This document shows, piece by piece, positions 17,684-27,137 of a stretch of 64,000 nucleotides of DNA. The DNA comes from a virus. Position numbers and translations under genes: made by a program. Position 1 is the stretch's first letter. Every line of letters starts with the position of its first letter. The notes beneath the pieces are model-generated. The model searched no databases. It saw only the letters and a list, made by a program, of their open reading frames with translations, and was not told the DNA's origin. The DNA lies in the IMG/VR virus record IMGVR_UViG_3300010403_000002, positions 12,216 to 76,215 of that record; one strand, written 5' to 3'.

Positions 17684-18958
17684 TTAATGTTCATCGTTCT
17701 CCTTGTCGGCACCATCTTGTTCTGTTATTGCTTCGACCGCCGCTTTGATAAATTCCGCCGCTGTTTGCGGACAGATTGCATTGCCGTAGCCCCGCAAGAG
17801 TCCCACCCTGCCGGGAATCCCATTAGCCAAGCACTGAAGGCTGGATTTAACGCGCCGCGCTTTTCCGTCGAGACAATAGACGAGTTCGTAATCACTCCAC
17901 GCGCCACCACATTCAAACTGACCGTTGCTTTTGTCCCGTCCGGTCGCCGCCCCGTCAACGTCGCACCCTTCGCCATTTGTGAGCCGTCTGCGTTGGCCGC
18001 CGTCGGGGTGGGCCATCCCCCTAAGATAATCCCCTGTACTTGATCTTCCAGTCTCGCCTGGCCATCGCACGCTCTCTCCGGATTCCCGTTGCCGCCGTTG
18101 TTCGCTACGCGGGGCGTCCCCCAACCAGCCAGCGTCACTTGCTGGCTTAGCGGAACACCCGTATCCCAAGGACGGGGCGGCTGATTGCCTCTTGCCCCGT
18201 CCTGTGCTGTTGGGCTGCACCAGCCCGCCAAGACTGCCTGGTCTGCCAAGTTGATTTGATGCCCGCTCTCCATCCTGGCCAATGCTTTTGCCGGGTCCGC
18301 GTAATCCCCGCCGCGCTCGTTGCTGTCCGGTGAACGCCATCCAGTAAAGCCGCTGTCTGATGTGGGGCGCGCCGGGTTCACAATCAAATTGAGCGTAATT
18401 GCCGCTCTCGACCCACCATTCTCTAAAAACCTCTGCTGCAAGTTCTCCAAGCTCGCCGACGATAGCTTCAGCAATTCGCTCACCGACTGTATCGGTTTTC
18501 GTGCCTGTGCCCGCAGCGCACAAATCTGCGGCCCCGACTCCATATCCCAACGTTTCCAAGTCAGCGCGTACTCTGGCGAGCCATCTACGTCCAAGCGGGC
18601 TTGCAGTTTGCTCTCCAAAGACGATTGCAGGCGCGCACTGAGCAATAAGGCTGCGGAAGTATGGCCAGAGGTGGCGCGGGTCTTCTTCGCCGCGCTGCTG
18701 GCCGGCTTGGCTGAAGGGTTGGCAGGGCGGTGAGCCTGTCCAGACGGAGCAGTTTGTGGGCCATCCGGCGAGTCGAAGAGCTTCTGACCATCCAGCAACG
18801 CCAGCAAAGAAGTGGCATTGAGTGAATCCCATAACGTCCACTGGTCTGACTTCTTGAATATCTCGCTCATCAACTTCACCATTAGGAATCAACTTCGCCT
18901 TTATCAATTCGCGCAGCCACGCGGCGGTTGGCTTGTCGTGTTCGTTGTAGTAATTCAT
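17684..18958 (-). CDS. DNA cytosine-C5 methyltransferase, alpha polypeptide
   Basis: Motif I FFAGVAG, motif IV catalytic GSPPCQPFS, motif VI (FGEQT), motif VIII (PHIRQRLYW), motif X (GYGNAICP). No motif IX in this frame. Confidence 0.85.
   Translation of the reverse strand: MNYYNEHDKPTAAWLRELIKAKLIPNGEVDERDIQEVRPVDVMGFTQCHFFAGVAGWSEALRLAGWPTNCSVWTGSPPCQPFSQAGQQRGEEDPRHLWPYFRSLIAQCAPAIVFGEQTASPLGRRWLARVRADLETLGYGVGAADLCAAGTGTKTDTVGERIAEAIVGELGELAAEVFREWWVESGNYAQFDCEPGAPHIRQRLYWMAFTGQQRARRGLRGPGKSIGQDGERASNQLGRPGSLGGLVQPNSTGRGKRQSAAPSLGYGCSAKPASDAGWLGDAPRSEQRRQRESGESVRWPGETGRSSTGDYLRGMAHPDGGQRRRLTNGEGCDVDGAATGRDKSNGQFECGGAWSDYELVYCLDGKARRVKSSLQCLANGIPGRVGLLRGYGNAICPQTAAEFIKAAVEAITEQDGADKENDEH
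17725..18870 (-). CDS. Overlapping alternative-frame ORF: putative beta polypeptide of the C5 methyltransferase
   Basis: ~380 stop-free codons nested within the alpha ORF; four GWx(S/T)P repeats and a motif-IX-like RGALNPAFSAWLMGFP. Confidence 0.7.
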   Translation of the reverse strand: MSEIFKKSDQWTLWDSLNATSLLALLDGQKLFDSPDGPQTAPSGQAHRPANPSAKPASSAAKKTRATSGHTSAALLLSARLQSSLESKLQARLDVDGSPEYALTWKRWDMESGPQICALRAQARKPIQSVSELLKLSSASLENLQQRFLENGGSRAAITLNLIVNPARPTSDSGFTGWRSPDSNERGGDYADPAKALARMESGHQINLADQAVLAGWCSPTAQDGARGNQPPRPWDTGVPLSQQVTLAGWGTPRVANNGGNGNPERACDGQARLEDQVQGIILGGWPTPTAANADGSQMAKGATLTGRRPDGTKATVSLNVVARGVITNSSIVSTEKRGALNPAFSAWLMGFPAGWDSCGATAMQSVRKQRRNLSKRRSKQ

Positions 18959-19304
18959 CTTGTTGCTCTTCATCCCGGCGCACGTCTTCGTGCGCCAGCC
19001 AGTCGGCGCTCATTCTGTTTTCGCTCCAACCAAGCTGGCGGGATCGGCGCAGAGGTTGAGCCAGTATTCCTTATCTGCGAGCGGCATCACCAGGTCGGCC
19101 TTGATGGCGTCAGCAAAATCAATCTGGAAATCAACCGGCAACATTGCCTTGCGAATCACAGCCACGGCATTGTTAGCGAATTCCTCCAACTCGCCGCCTT
19201 TCAGAGCGCCAGCCTGGGCGAGCAGGTCACAGGCACGCTCAATGCCGTCGTTGAAGATCGCGTTGTAGAGTGGGTTGTGCAGTTTTTCGATCATGTGTCC
19301 TCCT

Positions 19305-20153
19305 TTATGCGTTGCGGTCTGCCGGTTTCACGGAGGGCATCTGGCAAACGCGCAAATCCAGCGGCCATTCGCTCCAATCGCCGCCCTTGCGGTCTTCGTA
19401 CCGATACTTGAACACCAGCTCTGTCTTGAAAGAGGAGGCAGGCGGGATCATTTCAATCGGATTTGCGCCAAGCTGCTTCACAAAGCAAGCCACGTCCTGC
19501 GCCTTACACTGCGCGACGATTGAACGCGCCCAGCGCAGATCGAATGGACGCGCACCGTGGCCAGATTCCCCGCCAACGATTATTTGACTTAGCCAGCTAG
19601 CAGCTAGCTCCAAATCAATTTCGCCTAGTAAAGGTTCGCACGATACGAACCAGACAACGGGCAGATTCCACAATCCCGGCTGGTTCAGAATCGCCCGCGT
19701 CCGCTTGTCAAACCATTCTTGATTTTCTGCTGTGAAGCCGAGCCAGACATTCGGATAAGTTGCGCGGCTGAAGTCGGCGGGCAGGCAAGATAAGATTCTA
19801 TCGGCGCGCTTTGTGAGCAATTGCCAGTCAAGCCAGGGAGTCGCCTTTATCAGCGGCCAGAGCTTCGCCCGTTCTTGCTCAATCGTCGGGTGATCCTCGA
19901 ACACGTCCGCCATACTTGAACAAAACACCCGACGGCGAACACCCTCACGCTCAGCCTTCGCGTTCCATTTCAAAGGCTCGCGCCAGTGCTTTTCGCCGAA
20001 CGTGCGCCGCTCAGCTTTCGGCCCCCAGCCAACGCCGTAACGCTTTGCCCACGTCTCTGCATAGCAATGCTCGCAAGCGGGAGACATGCGAGTACACCCC
20101 CAGGCAATGTTAAAAGTGTGATCCGTCCACTGGATTGCTGTTTTCTCTCCCAT
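19305..20153 (-). CDS. DUF5131 / phage Gp37Gp68 family protein
   Basis: TAIQWTDHTFN...GCTRMSPACEHCYAE, FCSSMADVF, LLTKR, SCEPLLG, GGESG, FVKQLG. Confidence 0.85.
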   Translation of the reverse strand: MGEKTAIQWTDHTFNIAWGCTRMSPACEHCYAETWAKRYGVGWGPKAERRTFGEKHWREPLKWNAKAEREGVRRRVFCSSMADVFEDHPTIEQERAKLWPLIKATPWLDWQLLTKRADRILSCLPADFSRATYPNVWLGFTAENQEWFDKRTRAILNQPGLWNLPVVWFVSCEPLLGEIDLELAASWLSQIIVGGESGHGARPFDLRWARSIVAQCKAQDVACFVKQLGANPIEMIPPASSFKTELVFKYRYEDRKGGDWSEWPLDLRVCQMPSVKPADRNA

Positions 20154-20250
20154 TTAAGTAGTCTCCTGTTCAGCGCGCTCGCAGAATGCGCGCATCGTCT
20201 CGATGATGCGGGCGGCGAGTTGTTCAGCTTGTGCGAGTTTCATTACTTAC

Positions 20251-21336
20251 CTAAAAGCCAAACCCGATGTTGGTCTGGCAGCGTTGCTCGATCAGCTTGA
20301 TGTACTCAGGATTGAGTTCGATCAGAATTGCGCGACGACCATTTTCAATAGCGACCTTGCCGGTTGTACCGCTGCCCGCGAACGGGTCAATCACTGTGCC
20401 GTCTTTTGGACATCCAGCAAGAATACAAGGGCGTATCAAGTCGGGCGGGAAGGTGGCGAAGTGCGCACCTTTGTAACCTTTCGTCGTGACGGTCCAGACG
20501 CTTTTCTTATTCGCCATTACCCCGCCACGCGGCGAACCGTCAGCGTTGAAATATCCGCTATGACCCTGTGACGCCGGAGCGCCGCCCGCCATCTTTGGCG
20601 TCCATTCTTTGCCTGACTGTAGGCGCGTATCCGGGCATTGTTTGTTGCCGCCGAACTTCACCGCCTTCATTGCGCCATTCGTCTTACCCGGCACACGATC
20701 ACTGCCCTTCTGATTCTCTACGTCCTGAATTAAGCGCGCCGCACTGGTGTCTTTGATTGGCTCTTTAATTGATTCCTGGTCGAAGTAGTACCGCGGCGAT
20801 TTGCTTAGCAAGAAGATTTGTTCGTGCGATTTTGTGCATCGGTCGGTAACTGATTCGGGCATCGGGTTCGGCTTGTGCCAGATGATTTCCTGCCGCAAAT
20901 ACCAGCCATCAGTACGCAGTGCGAAGGCAACCATCCAAGGGATTCCGATGAGGTCTTTTGCCTTCAGGCCTCGAGTGCCACTGCGGTCAGCCATTGCTGG
21001 CTTAAATGTCCCGTAACGATCTTTGCGGCGCTTGTCCAGCGCCTTCGCACTTGTACTGCCCGCTGCAACGTAATTACCCCAACTGCCCGAGTAGCTATCT
21101 CCAAGGTTCACCCAGAGTGTCCCGTCTGTGCGCAGAACGCGCCACACTTCTCGGAATACCTCAACCAATCTAGCAACATAAAGCTCCGGCGTTTCTTCCA
21201 TACCAATCTGCTCTTTTCTTCCGTAATCCCGTAAACCAAAGTACGGCGGACTTGTGACGCAGCACTGCGCACTGCCAGCTTCAAGCTGTGACAGTTTTTC
21301 GAGCGCGTCGCCTTGAAGAATAGTGAGCAGGTTCAT
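20251..21336 (-). CDS. Amino (N4-C/N6-A) DNA methyltransferase, beta class
   Basis: Catalytic TSPPY near the N-terminus, HFATFP, and DPFAGSGTT SAM-binding motif near the C-terminus. Confidence 0.9.
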   Translation of the reverse strand: MNLLTILQGDALEKLSQLEAGSAQCCVTSPPYFGLRDYGRKEQIGMEETPELYVARLVEVFREVWRVLRTDGTLWVNLGDSYSGSWGNYVAAGSTSAKALDKRRKDRYGTFKPAMADRSGTRGLKAKDLIGIPWMVAFALRTDGWYLRQEIIWHKPNPMPESVTDRCTKSHEQIFLLSKSPRYYFDQESIKEPIKDTSAARLIQDVENQKGSDRVPGKTNGAMKAVKFGGNKQCPDTRLQSGKEWTPKMAGGAPASQGHSGYFNADGSPRGGVMANKKSVWTVTTKGYKGAHFATFPPDLIRPCILAGCPKDGTVIDPFAGSGTTGKVAIENGRRAILIELNPEYIKLIEQRCQTNIGFGF

Positions 21337-21875
21337 TGCTCCAGCGCCCCCTCCCAAGCTTCGTTTGTGACTCCGAGATACCACAGCAATACCTCGCGCG
21401 CTTTTTCCCAGCCGTTGCACACGCACACGCAGTAGCCTTGCTCCGATAGCCTAGTAATCCAGTTCCGCTGTGATAGGCTCACATCTGAAGCAGTGGCGCT
21501 TTGGCGCTTCAGCTCGATGTACAGGCCGTGAAACCCGCGCGCGGCGACCGGCAAGAAAATATCCAACACTCCGGCTTTAACGCCTTCAGCGCGCAGCTTG
21601 CCTGCTACAGCCTTGCGCCGATGCCCCCCGTTTGGGATAGCGTAAGCAAGATCGAGCGCGGGCAAGGTTTGCTTTTGTCCTTCCATCCAGTTGAAAAGCA
21701 TTACCTGCTCTTCGTGCTCGGTTGGGCATTTGCGCCGCTGCTCACTCATCTCTTTAGCCACGCGATCAATCCCCGCACGCCCAACGGCGGCAGGAGACAG
21801 ACCGGGCACCTTACGCCCAAACTTCGCTTGGTGCGCGGCGGCAAGCTCTTCTGTGATGCCGTAACTTCTGCTCAT
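21333..21875 (-). CDS. VRR-NUC domain nuclease / Holliday junction resolvase
   Basis: EHEEQ...AIPNGG...EGVKAGVLDI...LYIELK...SQRNW (PD-(D/E)xK). Confidence 0.85.
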   Translation of the reverse strand: MSRSYGITEELAAAHQAKFGRKVPGLSPAAVGRAGIDRVAKEMSEQRRKCPTEHEEQVMLFNWMEGQKQTLPALDLAYAIPNGGHRRKAVAGKLRAEGVKAGVLDIFLPVAARGFHGLYIELKRQSATASDVSLSQRNWITRLSEQGYCVCVCNGWEKAREVLLWYLGVTNEAWEGALEQ

Positions 21876-21878
21876 TGG

Positions 21879-22316
21879 CTAGTTGCCCGCCGAAGTTTCG
21901 CCAAGCGCGGGCAGTAGCTTCTGCACTTGCCCGGTCAGATACATTTGCTCGACAGCCTCTTGAGTTTCCTCGTAAATCGTCTTACCACTTGGCAATACGA
22001 CGAACGCATAAAACTCCTGTTCAAAACTCACTGTGCCGTTTTCGACAAGATCGAGCTTGGCCTTAATGCCGAGCGCTAGGCTGCGCCAGCGCTGCCGCGT
22101 TGCCTGCTCAAAAGCGGCCTGCGAGTAATATGTGTCGCGCACGGGCATCTCTTGAATGTACTTGACCTGGCGATTTTTCATCTTGAACTGAATCAAGACT
22201 CGGTTGTCATCCCAGCCGTACATGAAGCCCGTTGCACCGTAGCGGATCAGCGTGCGCTCTATTTCGGTGCGCGATTTCTCAGGGCTGACTTGTGTTTTTG
22301 CTGCAAACTTAGCCAT
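21879..22316 (-). CDS. Conserved phage hypothetical protein
   Basis: T.VS.EKSR.EIE..L.RYGA..F...QRWRSL.L.IKAKL...FEQEF pattern, recalled from phage early regions. Confidence 0.55.
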   Translation of the reverse strand: MAKFAAKTQVSPEKSRTEIERTLIRYGATGFMYGWDDNRVLIQFKMKNRQVKYIQEMPVRDTYYSQAAFEQATRQRWRSLALGIKAKLDLVENGTVSFEQEFYAFVVLPSGKTIYEETQEAVEQMYLTGQVQKLLPALGETSAGN

Positions 22317-23149
22317 TGGTCTTTCCTTCTCCTGCTTTGTCCGGCTGGTGCTCGTCCAAAATGCGCTCAATGTGGTCACGCATCGGCTCTTCGGCCCAGC
22401 CGTCACCACTGTCTTTGCCTGCCATCCAAAGAACCAAGCGGTGCGCACGTTGGCCATTGCCGTCCGTGAAGAGGTGATGCGCGATTTCGGTTGCTAGGTC
22501 ATGGTTATTCATCGTTTCACCGCCTCGCGTTGCTCATTGGCTTCCTGCGCCATCTCCGCTCTCACTTTCGGCGCGCACTCCCAGCAGTACCGCATTGCCT
22601 CAATGATGCGCTCGCAATCAATGCAGACAGGTGCGAAGCATTCATCGCACTCGTCCAGGAACCCGTCACCTTCGTTACACGTTGGACACATCGTGTTCCT
22701 CCTGCTGTTCCGTTTCTTGTGGTGTCTCGGGTGCTGGCGACAGGTCGCACTCCGGCATCTTAATTGCCGTTTGTTTAATTTGATGTACCTCGCACACTAA
22801 CTCGGCGACAACTGAATGGCGCGTGATATTACTCGCCCCGTCTTTCACGTAGACTTCCATTTCATCAATAAGACCATCCCCGTTGTGGCACTTCATATCG
22901 AGGTACTTTTCGGCAGCGTCTTGGGCGTCCCGCGCGTGAATCCCCCTGCACCATTCAATCTCATCAAACTCCGCTTGGGTAAGCTCACTGATCTCGCGTT
23001 TGTCTTTATGGCCAAACCACTCCTTACGATTGACGCAACGAAATAAAGGCGCGCATTTGTGGCTCCCCCGCCAATCCCAATCACCACAAGAAGAACATTT
23101 GATAAAATTCGATTCGCTCATAATTTTCTCCGCCGTGTTTTGTTGTTGA

Positions 23150-23896
23150 TTATTCGTGTGCTTCTTTATCAGGTTGCTGCTCGGGTGCGCGCCTCTCGGC
23201 TGCCCGCTCCGCCGCGCGTGTTATCGTCACTTCCAGTCCGTCGTAAGCAGCCTTTGGTAAGTCCTGCCCAAGCCGGAGGAGTAATTCATCCGGCGAAATA
23301 AAAGTCCGCGAACTTACGCTGAATGCAGCGCGGATAATGTCGTCAGCCTTCGTGCCAACCGGCAGCGCCAACTGGCCGCGCTTGATTTCCAGCCACTCCA
23401 TTAGGTTTTGATTGCTGAACAGATTCGCCGCTACTACTTCTTTCCAGAATTGCCCATGCTCGCCTTTGGCAGGTCTCAGCTTCGGCTCTTTCTTCGTCCG
23501 GCTCTCTTTCTCGGTCAGCGGCTCGCCGGTCTTATCGCCCTTCTGCACTTCGACCTCGAATACAGCGTCGGGTAAATCGAAAAACCTAGCCGTCTGCACA
23601 CGCTCGGAAAGTGGTGCATCAAAGCGCGCCTTGAAGCGCTTACGCCCGCCAAGTGCTGTTTTGTGCGGTGGAATGCTGGCGCGGAAACGAATAGCCGTTG
23701 GTAGATGCGCGTCGTGTCGCACGGTCAGCGTGAGCAGTCCGTTGCCGCAATCAAAGAGGCGTCTGGCAGCGAGCACGTGAGATTGCTCAATTACGAAGAT
23801 CACGCACATTTCGCCGTCACCGCCCGTCAGGTTGCGGTCGGAGTTGTCGAGCTTGGCGTTGAAGATGATCGGTTCGCTCACTGTGTTACCTCCCAT
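23150..23896 (-). CDS. Hypothetical protein
   Basis: 248-aa ORF in the leftward operon. Confidence 0.45.
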   Translation of the reverse strand: MGGNTVSEPIIFNAKLDNSDRNLTGGDGEMCVIFVIEQSHVLAARRLFDCGNGLLTLTVRHDAHLPTAIRFRASIPPHKTALGGRKRFKARFDAPLSERVQTARFFDLPDAVFEVEVQKGDKTGEPLTEKESRTKKEPKLRPAKGEHGQFWKEVVAANLFSNQNLMEWLEIKRGQLALPVGTKADDIIRAAFSVSSRTFISPDELLLRLGQDLPKAAYDGLEVTITRAAERAAERRAPEQQPDKEAHE

Positions 23897-24321
23897 AAAG
23901 CTTTCTGCTCAGTTGGCGCTTTATCAACGCGCGGCCTGCTCTCTCGACTCCAAGAGCCACCACCGGCAACCCCCAACTCTTTGTAGCCAGCAGCTCGCAA
24001 AGAAGCCCCGCCTTCGCTGGGCAGCGTGTATGTGATCAGGCGGCGATAACCCAACGCGAATACAGCGCGACGAACTGCGCCAAGTAGGAACGAGGCGGCG
24101 TTATGCGTGCCATCAGTGCAGAGCCGCGTGAGTTCCATCGTCCAGCCATCGTCAGACATGCGCGCGGTTGGTCTACTGACCACTGCCACGCCGACGACTT
24201 TCTCGCCGTCGCTCGCTCCGACACCGAACTTCCAGCCAATCGGCGGTAAGTGATGACGATGGTGTTGCGCGATAAACGTGCAAGCCTCGTCAAAGTTGAT
24301 TGGCTGTAGTTGCAAAGCCAT
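23878..24321 (-). CDS. XF1762 family protein (Mom/GNAT-like putative DNA modification)
   Basis: FIAQHHRHH...GVAVVSRPTAR..DDG.T.E.TRLCTDGT.NA.S.L...LITYTL.SE.GASLRAAG. Confidence 0.7.
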   Translation of the reverse strand: MALQLQPINFDEACTFIAQHHRHHLPPIGWKFGVGASDGEKVVGVAVVSRPTARMSDDGWTMELTRLCTDGTHNAASFLLGAVRRAVFALGYRRLITYTLPSEGGASLRAAGYKELGVAGGGSWSRESRPRVDKAPTEQKALWEVTQ

Positions 24322-24511
24322 CGCTAAAACATCCCCACTGCTGCTTTGCGCTCACTCTGGTAAATCTCTTCGCAATCAGCCCGCCTGCGCTCGGAGTCGC
24401 GGAAGACGGCGTTGCGAATGTCTTGCAACAACGTGAGCGTTTCTTGCTGGTCTTGTCGCTGCGCCAGGACAATGCGCTCGTCCAGATAGTCGAGCATTTC
24501 CGTTGTACTAC

Positions 24512-25897
24512 TCATAGGTCGTTGTCCTTCCGTAGATTTTCAAAGCTTGCTGACACCTTGTTAAACCGCAGTTCGATCTTGCCGGTTGGCCCGTTGCGGT
24601 TTTTACCAATAATCAAATCAGCCAGTCCGACGCGCGTCGTTTCGGGTTTGTAGTATTCTTCCCGATGAAGCATCAGCACGATGTCTGGCTCGTATCCACC
24701 GACATAGGAAACGTCATTCAATGTCGGCGCTTTCACGTCCTGTCCTTCGGTTTTATTGAGCGGCAGAATTGCGATCAGTGGCGTGTTGAACTCTTTAGCG
24801 ATTGCTTTTAGTTCTTGCGAAAGCGCCTCACAGCGAATCTTCTCGCTCGACTCTTGCGCGCGACTCGCGCCCGGCAAGCGCATCAGCGAAAGGTAATCCA
24901 CCAGCACGAGCGAGAGCGGCTTACGCAGACGGCGCAGCTTGGCTCGCACCTGCATCGGTGAAAGCGCCGGACGGTCATCAACGGTGAGGTTACCGATGCG
25001 AGAGAGCACGACACGCGCCGCGTTGAGGCGCTTCCACTCTTCGGAACTCAGTGTGCCTGTCCGAAGTCTGCGCAAGTCAATGCGCGCTTCTTGTCCGTAC
25101 CAGCGGTTCACGACCTGCTTTTTGCTCATCTCCATCGAGAAGACCGCAACCGTCTTACCTTCGTTGGCGGCGTGCTTGGCCGCATTCAGTGCCGCGCAAA
25201 ACGCGAATCCGCTTTTTCCCATCGAAGGCCGACCAGCCACGTAAACCAACTCGCCCGGCTCAAAGCCAGCCGTCAGATAGTCCAAGTCGTAAAAGCCAGT
25301 AGCCGTCCCGATGATTGATTTATTCGCCTCGGAAATCGTAATTATCTCAGAAAAGCGCACGTCGGCCATTTCCTTAACCGACTCCCACGTATCACGGCAA
25401 CCGGGCAATTCCAGGTCGTAACCGACGCGCTGCGCCCGCTCAATTACGTCCTCAACGGATTCAGATTTGTCATAGGCAATTTCCATGAGGAAGCGCGCCT
25501 GTGTGAGCACTTCGCGCCTAAGCGCCTGCTCTTTCACGGCACGGGTGTAGTTGTCAATGTTCGAGAAACGCGGCACGCCGTCGTAGAGACTGCTCAGGTA
25601 AGCCGGGCCACCAACGCGCTCTAGGTCGCCCGTGGCCTGCAATTCGTTCTGCAAAATCAGTGGCTCAAGTGAGTGGCCGCGCAAGACAATGCGCCCCATC
25701 GCCGCGAAGATGACGCGATGACTGTGCAGTGAAAAAGTATCCTCTGGCTTGGCGTTCGGGCCGACTGGTAAAGCCGCCGCAGTTTCGGCATAAAGCGCTC
25801 CGCCGTCGAGCAGGAGCACGCCGAGGATCATCCGTTCAGCTTCGCTGTCGTGCGGTGCTACTCGTTCGAGTTGTGCGGAATTATTCTGTGACATCAT
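24512..25897 (-). CDS. dnaB: Replicative DNA helicase DnaB-like
   Basis: PHDSEAE N-terminus, TGFYDLD, Walker A AGRPSMGKS, FSMEMS, VDYL, LKAIAKE, KNRNGPTG. Confidence 0.92.
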   Translation of the reverse strand: MMSQNNSAQLERVAPHDSEAERMILGVLLLDGGALYAETAAALPVGPNAKPEDTFSLHSHRVIFAAMGRIVLRGHSLEPLILQNELQATGDLERVGGPAYLSSLYDGVPRFSNIDNYTRAVKEQALRREVLTQARFLMEIAYDKSESVEDVIERAQRVGYDLELPGCRDTWESVKEMADVRFSEIITISEANKSIIGTATGFYDLDYLTAGFEPGELVYVAGRPSMGKSGFAFCAALNAAKHAANEGKTVAVFSMEMSKKQVVNRWYGQEARIDLRRLRTGTLSSEEWKRLNAARVVLSRIGNLTVDDRPALSPMQVRAKLRRLRKPLSLVLVDYLSLMRLPGASRAQESSEKIRCEALSQELKAIAKEFNTPLIAILPLNKTEGQDVKAPTLNDVSYVGGYEPDIVLMLHREEYYKPETTRVGLADLIIGKNRNGPTGKIELRFNKVSASFENLRKDNDL

Positions 25898-26729
25898 CGC
25901 GCTTCTTGTGCTTGCCTTCGGTTAGTGCCGCCGTGCCGCGTCCTGTCCAATCGTCGTAGGCGGGGCCAGGTGGGGCGTGTGAACCGTTTCGCGCTGGCGC
26001 TCTCGCTTGATCCCTGCGCCAAGCGGTTAAATCGCGGACAACGAAATTCAGGGCGCTTGTTCTACTTCGCCCGGTGTCGAACTCGCGCAAGTCGGCAATT
26101 GTGAATTTTGCAAGTTGCAATTCTTTGGCGGCTTGTTTTATCCGACCGACAACGCTGTAGTGCCTGCTGGTTTCCGCTGTGATTTCAGCCAGGACGCATT
26201 CAAACTCCGAAAGCTGACCAGGTAGGGTTTCTTCGCCGAGGAAGTCAGAGGTGCACTCTCCCTCTCTCTTCTGACGGTCTTCCTGACGGTTATTCCTTAT
26301 ATGCGTGTCGTCTCGTTCACCTTTTATGTCGTCAGCTTCACCTTTTACGCTCCCTAAAAGGTGAACGTCCTGCACCTTTTCTTGGTCTAATTGGTGAAGC
26401 TGGTTCACCTTTTTACCGTCTAAAAGGTGAAGCCCGTTCACCTTTTCTGTCGTTTCGTTCACCTTTTCTCCGGTCAGTAAGAGGCGATAGCGAGAGCGAT
26501 TTCCGCGCCCGACTCCGCGTTGTTCGCAAACGATCAAGCCTGCCGATTCCAGGTGCTCGACGATGCCGATTGCTCCGCGTTTTGTTATGTCACAGGCTTC
26601 CGCAATCATGGTCATTGAAGGGAAACAGATACCCTGTTCATCCGCTCTTTCAGCTAAAAAAAGCAGGACGAGTTTACGTTCGGACTTGAGTTTTACGCGC
26701 CATGCGGCGTCTCGGTATGCTCTGCTCAA
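25881..26729 (-). CDS. Replication initiator (N-terminal winged helix, lambda O-like)
   Basis: KLVLLFLAERADEQGICFPSM..IAEAC.I..R.......LE..GLI; start inferred at TTG 26729 after GGAG; internal iterons; directly upstream of DnaB. Confidence 0.75.
   Translation of the reverse strand: MSRAYRDAAWRVKLKSERKLVLLFLAERADEQGICFPSMTMIAEACDITKRGAIGIVEHLESAGLIVCEQRGVGRGNRSRYRLLLTGEKVNETTEKVNGLHLLDGKKVNQLHQLDQEKVQDVHLLGSVKGEADDIKGERDDTHIRNNRQEDRQKREGECTSDFLGEETLPGQLSEFECVLAEITAETSRHYSVVGRIKQAAKELQLAKFTIADLREFDTGRSRTSALNFVVRDLTAWRRDQARAPARNGSHAPPGPAYDDWTGRGTAALTEGKHKKRDDVTE
26316..26467. repeat. Replication-origin iterons inside the initiator gene
   Basis: Nine copies of TTCACCTTTT/AAAAGGTGAA (two degenerate), including three palindromic pairs starting at 26356, 26389 and 26422 (33-bp period). 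Confidence 0.8.
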
Positions 26730-27137
26730 TGTCCGCTCCGGGAAGGCTAAGGTGATGGAACGAACAGCACGGCCAGGTAGAATGGCTCGCCGTTCTTGGG
26801 CCTTGCCTTCAGAGTTGCTACACAGTGAAGACGCAGACGCGCGAGGCGGCGAGCCATCCGGCATGAATAAACTTGTGCGGATATATTTGCAAGCCTGGTG
26901 GGCCACGCACGTCTTCCGCGATCATCACTGTGTAGCGCGGACAATATAGCATAAATCCGAGATATGGTGTAACGAAAAATGCGTTTTAAGCCAATAAAGA
27001 CGCGGGTTTTAGTGCGATTGCTCGCACGATTTTCGTGAGAAATGTTCACCGAAATCACCGTGAGATGTCACCAGTCCGTTGGGCACCGTGCGGGCTGATG
27101 TAGGGTTAATAGTTTCGCTCCTGGTGGGAGCGGCGTT

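Noticed and set aside
26316-26467. CRISPR-like or other guide array
   Set aside because: Repeats are 10 bp, in both orientations, inside a coding gene; they fit iterons. No cas genes or repeat-spacer array was seen in the window.
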